Of a DNA stretch of 64,000 bases, positions 56,309 to 64,000 are shown in pieces. The notes under the pieces were generated by a model. That model made no database searches. It was given only the letters and a program-made list of their open reading frames with translations, and was not told the origin of the DNA. Position 1 is the stretch's first letter. The number at the start of each line of letters is the position of its first letter. The position numbers were made by a program, and so were the translations under genes. This DNA is from Patescibacteria group bacterium. GTDB lineage: Bacteria; Patescibacteriota; Minisyncoccia; Phycocordibacterales; GCA-2747955. The stretch covers positions 397,499-461,498 of the forward strand of contig JBLYPV010000001.1 of assembly GCA_048538215.1 (NCBI GenBank), read 5' to 3'.

Positions 56309-56944
56309 ATGGCAAGCCAAGCACAATCACAGAGTTTTGTTCCAATCAAAGAAATTCGAAATGGTACCGTCATCCTCGATGATGGATCTTTCAATACCAT
56401 TTTGCTCGTTACCTCCATGAATTTTGCACTCAAGTCCTACGATGAGCAACGAGCAGTGATGGGACAATTTCAAAATTTTCTCAATTCAATAGAATTTCCC
56501 ATACAAATTAGTATTCAATCGCGCCACCTCGATATTCGTCCCTATTTAGCGAGCCTAGAAGAGAAACGACGAGATGAACAAAATGATTTGATTAAGATGC
56601 AGATAAGTGAATATTCTCAATTCATACAAAATTTTACTGATTCAGTAAATATTATGGAAAAACGATTTTTTATCGTAGTTTCCTATACTCCTGCCATCTT
56701 AAATCAGGGTGGTCCCAAGAGCTTTGTTGAGACCCTTTTGGGAAAAGGGTCTTCAAATAAAATGCTGAGTGACGAAGAATTTGAAGAGACAAAATCCCAA
56801 CTCGAGCAACGCACAGATTTGGTAATCGGTGGTATTTCTCGTACTGGGCTCAAAGCCGTACGGCTTGGGACAGAAGAAGCTATTGAGGTTTTGTATCGTA
56901 TCTTTAATCCAGGCGAGAGCGAGAAGCCCGTACAGCTTAATTAG
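56309..56944 (+). CDS. VirB4-like N-terminal domain encoded as a separate 211-aa ORF
   Basis: PIKEIRNGTVILDDGSFNTILLVTSMNFALKSYDEQRAVMGQFQNFLNSIEFPIQISIQSR resembles the extreme N-terminus of Gram-positive-type VirB4 (TraE/PrgJ). Confidence 0.5.
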   Translation: MASQAQSQSFVPIKEIRNGTVILDDGSFNTILLVTSMNFALKSYDEQRAVMGQFQNFLNSIEFPIQISIQSRHLDIRPYLASLEEKRRDEQNDLIKMQISEYSQFIQNFTDSVNIMEKRFFIVVSYTPAILNQGGPKSFVETLLGKGSSNKMLSDEEFEETKSQLEQRTDLVIGGISRTGLKAVRLGTEEAIEVLYRIFNPGESEKPVQLN

Positions 56945-57020
56945 CTTGATAGGTATTAGTCACTCGCTACTGACAATTATCCCTTTTTTTTAAAGGCTAA
57001 TCATTTATACTAAGAATACT

Positions 57021-58826
57021 ATGGGATTGTTTGGCAAGAAAAAAAATAAAAATAAAAAAATAGATATCGCCCCGATTCTACCCAAAGAGATATACCAATC
57101 AGCCGTCTTAGACTTGAAAGATATTATTGCTCCTTCAGCTCTTGAGATACGCCCTAAAGAAGTGAGCTTGGGAGAGAAAATGCTCCGTACTTTTTTTGTT
57201 ATCTCTTATCCTAAATATCTTTCCGATAGCTGGTTTTCGCCAATTGTTAATCTAGATAAAGAATTTGATGTGTCTATCTTTATCCACCCCATTGATACCC
57301 AAACGGTCTTACGAAAATTCCAAAAGAAAGTGGCCGAGGTGCAGTCTCAGATTTATACCCGAGAAAAAAAAGGCTTAGTACGTGATCCACAGCTAGACTC
57401 TGCCTACACCAATCTCGAAGAATTACGCAACAAGCTTCAGCAAGCCACTGAAAAATTGTTTGATGTTGGTATCTACATTTCTGTCTATGGCAATAATGAA
57501 AAAGAGCTTGATAAGATTGAGTCCGAGATACGATCAATCCTTGAGTCAAAATTGATTTATGTCCGCCCAGCCACCTATCGACAAGAAGAGGGCTTTCGCT
57601 CTATCTTGCCCCTCAATCAAGACCATCTTCGAGTACACTCCAAGCTTAATTCTGCCCCCCTTTCTTCTGTTTTTCCTTTTGTTTCTTTCAATCTCTCATC
57701 AAATCAAGGAATTCTTCACGGTATTAATCGTCATAACAGTAGCCTCATTCTTTTTGATCGCTTTTCACTCCCCAATTATAATTCGGTGACATTCGCTACC
57801 TCTGGTGCAGGTAAATCATATGCTATCAAGCTCGAGATTTTGCGTACCCTAATGTTTGATACCGAGGTAATCGTCATCGATCCTGAGCGAGAATTTGAAT
57901 ATCTCGCTGAGGCAGTAGGAGGCAGGTACTTCAATATTTCACTTGCTTCAGAGCACCATATCAATCCTTTTGATTTGCCCGCACCTCGCCCTGATGAGTC
58001 TCGTGCCAATGTATTGCGAAGCCACATTGTTTCTTTGGTAGGACTTTTTAGATTAATGCTTGGTGGGCTCACCCCAGAAGAAGATGCCATCATAGACAGG
58101 GCTATTACCGAAACATACGCTCTTAAAGATATCACCCCTGATTCTAATTTTGAAAATAGCGAGCCTCCACTTCTTTCTGATTTTGAGCTGGTACTTGCGG
58201 GGCTTGAAGGGTCTGGATCTCTTGTAGCACGCATTTCTAAATATACTTCAGGTACCTGGTCAGGGTTTCTCAATATGGCTTCAAATGTAGATATTAATCA
58301 AAAAGTGGTAGTCTTTTCTATTCGTGATATGGAAAATGAGTTACGCCCAGTTGCGATGTATTTGATCACCCAATACATATGGAACGCCATCCGCCAAGAG
58401 CTACGCCGGCGACTTTTGGTAATCGATGAGGCCTGGACTATGATGCAATCCGAAGATGCAGCAAGCTTTGTATTTGGCATTGCCAAACGAGGACGAAAAT
58501 ACTATCTCGGGCTTGCCACTATCACCCAGGATGTGGCCGACTTCTTGGGCTCTCCCTATGGCGTGCCTATTATCACCAACAGTAGTATGCAATTATTACT
58601 CAAGCAGTCTCCCACTACAATTGACAGAGTACAGGAAACATTCCACCTCACCGACGAAGAAAAGTATCTCCTCCTTGAGGCTAATGTGGGAGAAGGAATC
58701 TTTTTTGCAGGTACTAAGCACGTGGCAATCAAAATTATCGCAAGCTACACCGAAGATCAAATCATCACCTCTGACCCTTCTCAAATTCTCGCCATCAAAG
58801 AAAGCAAAAAAATGCTTACTCAGTAG
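57021..58826 (+). CDS. T4SS VirB4/TraE-family ATPase (C-terminal 600 aa)
   Basis: CagE/TrbE/VirB N-domain (GEKMLRTFFVISYPKYLSDSWFSPI), Walker A FATSGAGKSY, Walker B LLVIDEAW, C-terminal motifs. Confidence 0.8.
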   Translation: MGLFGKKKNKNKKIDIAPILPKEIYQSAVLDLKDIIAPSALEIRPKEVSLGEKMLRTFFVISYPKYLSDSWFSPIVNLDKEFDVSIFIHPIDTQTVLRKFQKKVAEVQSQIYTREKKGLVRDPQLDSAYTNLEELRNKLQQATEKLFDVGIYISVYGNNEKELDKIESEIRSILESKLIYVRPATYRQEEGFRSILPLNQDHLRVHSKLNSAPLSSVFPFVSFNLSSNQGILHGINRHNSSLILFDRFSLPNYNSVTFATSGAGKSYAIKLEILRTLMFDTEVIVIDPEREFEYLAEAVGGRYFNISLASEHHINPFDLPAPRPDESRANVLRSHIVSLVGLFRLMLGGLTPEEDAIIDRAITETYALKDITPDSNFENSEPPLLSDFELVLAGLEGSGSLVARISKYTSGTWSGFLNMASNVDINQKVVVFSIRDMENELRPVAMYLITQYIWNAIRQELRRRLLVIDEAWTMMQSEDAASFVFGIAKRGRKYYLGLATITQDVADFLGSPYGVPIITNSSMQLLLKQSPTTIDRVQETFHLTDEEKYLLLEANVGEGIFFAGTKHVAIKIIASYTEDQIITSDPSQILAIKESKKMLTQ

Positions 58827-58871
58827 TCTTATTTATAAGTCGGAAAAAATAGTGCTCTCTATAGATACCTA

Positions 58872-60005
58872 CTAGCTATGAGTATAGAGCTCACTATGAG
58901 TACTCTGCCTATGTACTGGGCGATTATATTTACGCATCCCAAAGACCATACCCACAGCCAAAGCTTCTGCCACTAAGTGTGATCCTCCGTAGGACATAAA
59001 AGGGATGGTGATCCCTGTCACCGGCAAGAGCCCGATGTTGATTCCCGTATGGACCACAATGTGAGCAGTAAAGTAAATAGCAACTCCGCCAGCAAAAAGC
59101 ATTTCAAAATTAGTCTCCCCATACATACCAGACCGTGCTATCCGATATACAAGAGTAGCGTACAAGGCAAGGAGGGCAATCATTCCAATAAAGCCCCACT
59201 CTTCAGCAAAAGCAGCAATTATGAAATCTGTTTGATACTGAGGAAGAAATTGTAATCGCGATTGACTTCCATATCCTACCCCCTTGCCCCACAAGCCCCC
59301 AGATCCTACAGCAATGGTAGCTTGGAGAGCATTATATCCAGCCCCACGAATATCGGCTCCCGGATCAATAAAGCTCTCAATTCGCTCCTTTTGATAGGGA
59401 GAGAAAACAAAGATCCATAGTATCAACAATGCTACAAGCCCACTTCCTACAAGAAGCAATACTTGCTTATAATTGATACCAGATAAAAGCACCATCCCAA
59501 ACCATATTAAAAATAAAATAACCGCAGATCCAAAGTCTGGCTGAGATGCGACTAATATAAATAGTACTAAAGTATACATCCCGGAAATAATGAGGTGGCG
59601 TAATGCTTTAATTTCTATGTGTCGCCTAGAAAAGTACTTAGCGAGAACAATAATTAATACAACCTTAGCAAATTCTGCTGGCTGAAGAGCGAAAGAACCA
59701 AAAGAAAACCAGGATTGTGCACCAGAAAATACAGAGCCATAAATACTCAATAATCCCAAAACACCCACAATACCAGCATACAAGCTCATCACCACCCAGC
59801 TTTTACGTAAAAAGCGATAATTAAAAAAAGAGGCAAGCGTCATTACCGAAAATGCAATTCCAAGAAGGAGTACCTGTTTATCAAAGAGGGCATCTACGGG
59901 GCTATCGAAAGAATAGAGCACTAAAAGCCCCCACATTGCAATAATTGCTATGATACTATAGCTTATCCAATCAATACCATATGCGATACGCATTATTCCA
60001 GACAT
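58872..60005 (-). CDS. SEDS-family peptidoglycan glycosyltransferase (RodA/FtsW)
   Basis: 10 TM helices; PAEFAKV, large loop with GSQSRLQFLP...DFIIAAFAEEWGFIG. Confidence 0.85.
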   Translation of the reverse strand: MSGIMRIAYGIDWISYSIIAIIAMWGLLVLYSFDSPVDALFDKQVLLLGIAFSVMTLASFFNYRFLRKSWVVMSLYAGIVGVLGLLSIYGSVFSGAQSWFSFGSFALQPAEFAKVVLIIVLAKYFSRRHIEIKALRHLIISGMYTLVLFILVASQPDFGSAVILFLIWFGMVLLSGINYKQVLLLVGSGLVALLILWIFVFSPYQKERIESFIDPGADIRGAGYNALQATIAVGSGGLWGKGVGYGSQSRLQFLPQYQTDFIIAAFAEEWGFIGMIALLALYATLVYRIARSGMYGETNFEMLFAGGVAIYFTAHIVVHTGINIGLLPVTGITIPFMSYGGSHLVAEALAVGMVFGMRKYNRPVHRQSTHSELYTHS

Positions 60006-60009
60006 ATCA

Positions 60010-60765
60010 CTATTTTGTTAGTCGAGTGAATATTTCTACCCGCGCAATAAAATTATCGAATGGCTTGCGCCAAGAAAAGAAAACCGTACGCTCCCCCGTG
60101 CCCACCAAATGATCTACATAGGTACGAGAGATATGCTCTACATTTTCGTCCTGATTATATAATACTACTATAATTTCTAAGTCCTTTAGAGGGTCTACTC
60201 CTGTATTGCGCAGATCTACTTCAAGTGAAGGGCTCGTCTCAAGCTTATCAAGACGATAGCCAATCATTTCTACTACCTTACTCTGTGCTTCATCTTTATA
60301 CCAAGAATAGCCTTCCTCAAAAGTAAGATAGCTTCGTTCAATTTTTCGATTGTCGGTACTTACTGCTTGGTGGAATATTATCCGTCGCTCTCGCGGAGCA
60401 AGATCTATACTATCATTCACTTCTGCAACAAGCATATTGTCTTTATTAAAACCTCGAAGGGTGTACTGTAGGGTGGTACCAATTTCAAAATTAGGATTCT
60501 CTATATAAGCAGCCATATTATATACTCCTGGGCCTACCTCAAATGACCGTGCCCATACGATATTAGGGCTTGTAGCCTTAAAGGAACACACCTTCGTACA
60601 GGCCCCTCCACAATCTACGCCTTCTTCCAGACCATTCTGTTTACCATCAAAACAACTTGGTGGATTATATAATACGAAAAAATAGAAAAAGGCAGTAATA
60701 ATAATTAGACCCAAAATAAGGTAGGCGATGATGATAGCTTGTCGTTTGCGTCCCCAGGCACTCAT
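60010..60765 (-). CDS. hypothetical membrane-anchored protein
   Basis: N-terminal TM helix, Cys-rich segment CFDGKQNGLEEGVDCGGACTKVC, otherwise beta-rich. Abuts rodA/ftsW. Confidence 0.45.
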   Translation of the reverse strand: MSAWGRKRQAIIIAYLILGLIIITAFFYFFVLYNPPSCFDGKQNGLEEGVDCGGACTKVCSFKATSPNIVWARSFEVGPGVYNMAAYIENPNFEIGTTLQYTLRGFNKDNMLVAEVNDSIDLAPRERRIIFHQAVSTDNRKIERSYLTFEEGYSWYKDEAQSKVVEMIGYRLDKLETSPSLEVDLRNTGVDPLKDLEIIVVLYNQDENVEHISRTYVDHLVGTGERTVFFSWRKPFDNFIARVEIFTRLTK

Positions 60766-60804
60766 AGCTACAGTATACTACAAAAATATATCCTCCACGA
60801 GATA

Positions 60805-61971
60805 TTAATGTAAGGCATACAAAGCAGGCAGGCTCTTGTGAGTAAGATAGTGGATCATAGCTCCACCCCCTGTAGAAAGAAAATCTATGTGCTGATCCAG
60901 ATTATGTTCTCGAAGTAAATCGATGGTGTTACCTCCTCCTACTATTGATTCTCCTGAAATTTCTTTAATCTTTTCTGCCAAAGCAATAGTGCCTTGCTTA
61001 TACCCACCCTCAAGGTAGCCCAAGGGGCCATTCCACACAAGTAATGGAGCATCGATACGTGCATCAATAAAGTTTGTAATATCTTCTGTAGCTATATCAT
61101 AAATAGCATCATCAGGAGCAACAAGGGATATATCTTTGGTGCGCACCTCGCCTTTCGAATCTTCACATACGACCTGGCTAGGAAGTATCAAACGTGCATC
61201 ACCAAGCAAAAGATGAGCAAGCTCTTGTGTATCTTCATCAAGCTTATCTTCATATACCGAACGGCCAATTTCATATCCTGCAAGCTTATACAGTGTATTT
61301 GCTAGCGCTCCCCCTACATACACCGCCTCATATGAATCAAGTAGTTGGCGGATAAGTGGAAGCTTGGTAGAAGCTTTATTACCACCAATAATTGCCACCG
61401 ATCCCCTGCGTGGCTCAAGGGCTATTTGTAAATTTTCCACCTCTTCACTACAGGTAAATCCAGCAAGAGCACGGGTACATTTACGAGGAAGGGCATCAAG
61501 AGACATATGTTTGCGATGGCTTGCCGCAAAAGCCTCATTAATATATAGCTCTCCCAAGAGAGCTAGCTTGGAGGCCATATCTTCATCGTTTGCCTTTTCC
61601 TTATCTGTTGCACGTACATTGTCTAAGAGCACCACCGCTCCTGCCTCTGCCTGAGCAATCCATTCTCTAAGCTTCTCTAGCGAAGCATCAAAGTCTTGTG
61701 CAAAAAAATTTTCAAAGAAATCTAATTCTATCTCTTGCTTTAGTCGCTCGTAGACTGCTTGTAGGTGCTCTGTTTTCTCCCTACCTTGATGTGCAATAAT
61801 AATCACTATAGCTTCTTGATCCACTAAATAGTGCAAGGTGGGCAGTATGCGCTCAAGCCGATAATCGTCTGCAATTTCTCCTGTTTCAGTGAGTGGCACA
61901 TTTATACTTGCCCGTACAAATACTATTTTAGTTTGCCAATTCGATATCTCGCATATACTAGGTAAAATCAT
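60805..61971 (-). CDS. pgk: phosphoglycerate kinase
   Basis: N-terminal RASINVPL....I.DD.R....LPT, hinge and C-terminal GGGA motifs. Confidence 0.9.
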   Translation of the reverse strand: MILPSICEISNWQTKIVFVRASINVPLTETGEIADDYRLERILPTLHYLVDQEAIVIIIAHQGREKTEHLQAVYERLKQEIELDFFENFFAQDFDASLEKLREWIAQAEAGAVVLLDNVRATDKEKANDEDMASKLALLGELYINEAFAASHRKHMSLDALPRKCTRALAGFTCSEEVENLQIALEPRRGSVAIIGGNKASTKLPLIRQLLDSYEAVYVGGALANTLYKLAGYEIGRSVYEDKLDEDTQELAHLLLGDARLILPSQVVCEDSKGEVRTKDISLVAPDDAIYDIATEDITNFIDARIDAPLLVWNGPLGYLEGGYKQGTIALAEKIKEISGESIVGGGNTIDLLREHNLDQHIDFLSTGGGAMIHYLTHKSLPALYALH

Positions 61972-61983
61972 AAAGCAATTACA

Positions 61984-62763
61984 TTAGGATTTCTCCACAT
62001 TCTTACAAATCCGCTCAAGCTCTTGCTTATCAAGACTGGCTCGCCCCACAAGTACCCCATCAATACCTGGGACAGATGCTAAATCAGCTATATTATCTCC
62101 GTCTACTGAGCCCCCATATAAGACAGGAATGCGCTTGGCGCGATTAGTGCTCATATATGTACTCATAATTTTTTCAAGAAGCAGGTAGGTAGAAAATAAC
62201 TCATCCGCTGTTATGGCTCGCGTGGCTTTGCTACCGATTGCCCAAAGTGGTTCATATGCAATAGTGAGCAAGCCAAGCTTTGTTTTTTTATTGGCAAAAG
62301 GAGCCAATACTGTATTGAGTTGTGTCTCAAGCACATCAATATATTCGCCTGCACTATCACGCTCTTGTTCTCCAATACAAACTATCATTGGCATATTTTC
62401 ATATATAGCTTTTTTAATTTTTTTGCCGATACTTTTCTCATCTACTCCGAAATAGTGCCTCCGCTCTGAGTGCCCAATAAGTACTGCCTGTGCTCCTACA
62501 CTTCTTGCCATCTCTATAGATGTCTCTCCTGTATATGCTCCCTCTTCTTCATAAAAAATATTTTGTGCCACTATGGTAGGAGCTTTTCCTGTTCGAGAGG
62601 CGAGCGGAGAGAGATAAACGGTAGGTGGGGCATAGGAAAGTACAATCCCAGGGTATTTTGACTGTATGCGACCATAAGCCCTCTGTAATTTTTTTGCTTC
62701 ACTCAGGCTCTGTGGATTCATCTTCCAATTCCCTACAAGGATAAAACGATTGTCTTTCTTCAT
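61984..62763 (-). CDS. tpiA: triosephosphate isomerase
   Basis: GNWKMN, IGHSERR, AYEPLWAIG active-site motifs. Confidence 0.9.
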   Translation of the reverse strand: MKKDNRFILVGNWKMNPQSLSEAKKLQRAYGRIQSKYPGIVLSYAPPTVYLSPLASRTGKAPTIVAQNIFYEEEGAYTGETSIEMARSVGAQAVLIGHSERRHYFGVDEKSIGKKIKKAIYENMPMIVCIGEQERDSAGEYIDVLETQLNTVLAPFANKKTKLGLLTIAYEPLWAIGSKATRAITADELFSTYLLLEKIMSTYMSTNRAKRIPVLYGGSVDGDNIADLASVPGIDGVLVGRASLDKQELERICKNVEKS

Positions 62764-62784
62764 AATCTCTATTCTAGCACTTTC

Positions 62785-63993
62785 TTATGTGTGGAGCAGA
62801 CTAAGCACCTCATCAATTGCAATTTTCCCTTGATAGGCAAGGAGTAGTGCTCGGGGTAAGAGATATTCTTTTTGTGCGCGCTTAAGTGTGTGTTCAAATT
62901 GCACAAAGCTCTCTCCTGAGCGCTGTGAATCCGCTATCACCTCCCCTAAAGGCATAAGAGCCCGAGCATAGCTATAGCTATCCTTACGTGCACTTACTCG
63001 ATGATAGGCGCTCCGCCAATTAAACCATGAGTGTCTTCCTTTCTCTATGGGTACCTTCCAAACAATATCAGCCCAAGCATTTGGCACTATACTTTCACCC
63101 GAGCGTCTCACATAATCTTGAAAATAGGGGAGAGAGAGATAGCGTTCAATGCTTTCAATTTCATTCTTCTTAAGTGTTCGCTGTCTTATTTGTGTAGAAT
63201 CTGTATTAAGGGTAGAGAATCGATGAGTGATGAGATTATATGTGAGCACACGAGCAATTGATTCAGCTCTTACTCCCTGGGCGAGCAACCCACGCACAAT
63301 ACTAGCCACTCCTTGATCGGCTATTCCCACAAGCCACTTACGACAAGCAAGATTATATGCAGGAAGAATCAGACTAGCGTACAGAGGAGCTAAAATTATC
63401 GCATCATACCAATTATCCACTGCTTGTATATCCTTATCCGGTCGCTTGGAATATGTTAGCTGATCGATTCCATTCAAGTCATATTCAATATGTGCTTCAA
63501 GTATTACGCTACGTTTGATAGCTCCAATAGCCTGAGCAACCCTATACAATACAAAGCTTTTCCCTGATTGTGCCAGGCCACTGATAATAAGCATTCCTCG
63601 ATCCTGTCCAAAGGCGTGTACAAGTTCGTATACATTTTCGTCATCAAGCCCTGCTCGAACAAGTGCCACACTTGCAGGATTAGCTTCTGTATCCTCTATA
63701 CTACAACTTATCCCTTGCGAATGAGGCACAAAGGCAATTCTAAATCTGCGCGTACGATTATCTTTATCCAAGCCAGAGGCAATCACCTCTTGCATTTCTT
63801 CCACCTCATCGAGTGGTGTGTCGGATAGATAGCGGAGCTTGAGATACAGTGCGTATGCGATTGCATGAGGCAAATCTATGAGCGGATACTCTCTCTGGGA
63901 AATGGTAGCGAATACGCGTAGCCGATTGGCTTCTGTACGCAAGGTAATTCGAGATGCACACTTACTATCTCCTAAGGCAATGAGCTCTTGCAA
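62785..63993 (-). CDS. GspE/PilB-family secretion/pilus ATPase homologue with degenerate Walker A; N-terminus beyond the window
   Basis: RFRIAFVPHSQGISCSIE (RxS..P...GE..V.R) and MLIISGLAQSGKSFVLY in place of GPTGSGKTTTL. The ORF is open to the window edge. Confidence 0.55.
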   Translation of the reverse strand: MQELIALGDSKCASRITLRTEANRLRVFATISQREYPLIDLPHAIAYALYLKLRYLSDTPLDEVEEMQEVIASGLDKDNRTRRFRIAFVPHSQGISCSIEDTEANPASVALVRAGLDDENVYELVHAFGQDRGMLIISGLAQSGKSFVLYRVAQAIGAIKRSVILEAHIEYDLNGIDQLTYSKRPDKDIQAVDNWYDAIILAPLYASLILPAYNLACRKWLVGIADQGVASIVRGLLAQGVRAESIARVLTYNLITHRFSTLNTDSTQIRQRTLKKNEIESIERYLSLPYFQDYVRRSGESIVPNAWADIVWKVPIEKGRHSWFNWRSAYHRVSARKDSYSYARALMPLGEVIADSQRSGESFVQFEHTLKRAQKEYLLPRALLLAYQGKIAIDEVLSLLHT

Positions 63994-64000
63994 TAATTTC

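Noticed and set aside
1-64000. CRISPR arrays, rRNA genes, tmRNA/RNase P/SRP RNA
   Set aside because: I scanned intergenic regions for regular short direct repeats with unique spacers and for hallmark ncRNA motifs and saw none. The only regular repeats are the hairpins and IRs reported above.

Overview
This 64 kb window is AT-rich, tightly packed and mostly minus-strand coding; it looks like a small-genome, probably monoderm bacterium. Standard code, small proteins, class II RNR, a fermentative glycolytic set, lamin-tail-domain proteins and a T4SS-like cluster suggest a Patescibacteria/CPR-like lineage such as Saccharibacteria, but that placement is inference only. The backbone genes I recognise are, in order: thyA-dcd-mazG-like (dTMP module), secE-nusG-rplK with no rplA following, an RND pump plus adaptor, Prx5 peroxiredoxin, class II RNR nrdJ, rplS with a long acidic tail, an rluA-family synthase, hsp20, cmk, thermonuclease, D-2-hydroxyacid dehydrogenase, ruvX, a ZIP transporter, ruvA, rpsT, an epimerase, a polyprenyl-phosphate sugar transferase, rodA/ftsW, pgk, tpiA and a GspE/PilB-like ATPase. 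Seven tRNAs can be read directly: His-GTG, Leu-GAG, Arg-TCT, Val-TAC, Ser-TGA, Arg-GCG, plus degenerate partial copies. The most unusual locus is at 21.6-25.9 kb. An intact tRNA-Val is abutted at its CCA end by a GC-rich large serine recombinase gene bracketed by a perfect 147-bp inverted repeat. That repeat is immediately followed by a second, about 235-bp, GC-rich inverted-repeat pair enclosing a 1.75 kb AT-rich cargo: a secreted Tyr/Asp-rich protein plus a small 2-TM protein on a leaderless transcript. The two repeat pairs together form one continuous roughly 376-bp hairpin-rich non-coding unit. I interpret this as a recombinase-driven double invertible switch or composite mobile element, not a classical tRNA-integrated prophage. 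Other notable items: a conjugation-type T4SS-like cluster at 48-59 kb (PrgI/VirB3-like, VirB4 apparently split in two, giant VirB6-like protein, coupling-protein-like ATPase, pilin-like protein fused to a hydrolase domain); several GC-rich single-gene islets; a tandemly duplicated GH-A hydrolase; a TM + cytochrome b5 + beta-propeller fusion; two leaderless extended -10 promoters; a 37-nt hairpin present twice; and conserved hairpins with partial tRNA duplications around tRNA genes. No CRISPR array and no rRNA were seen.
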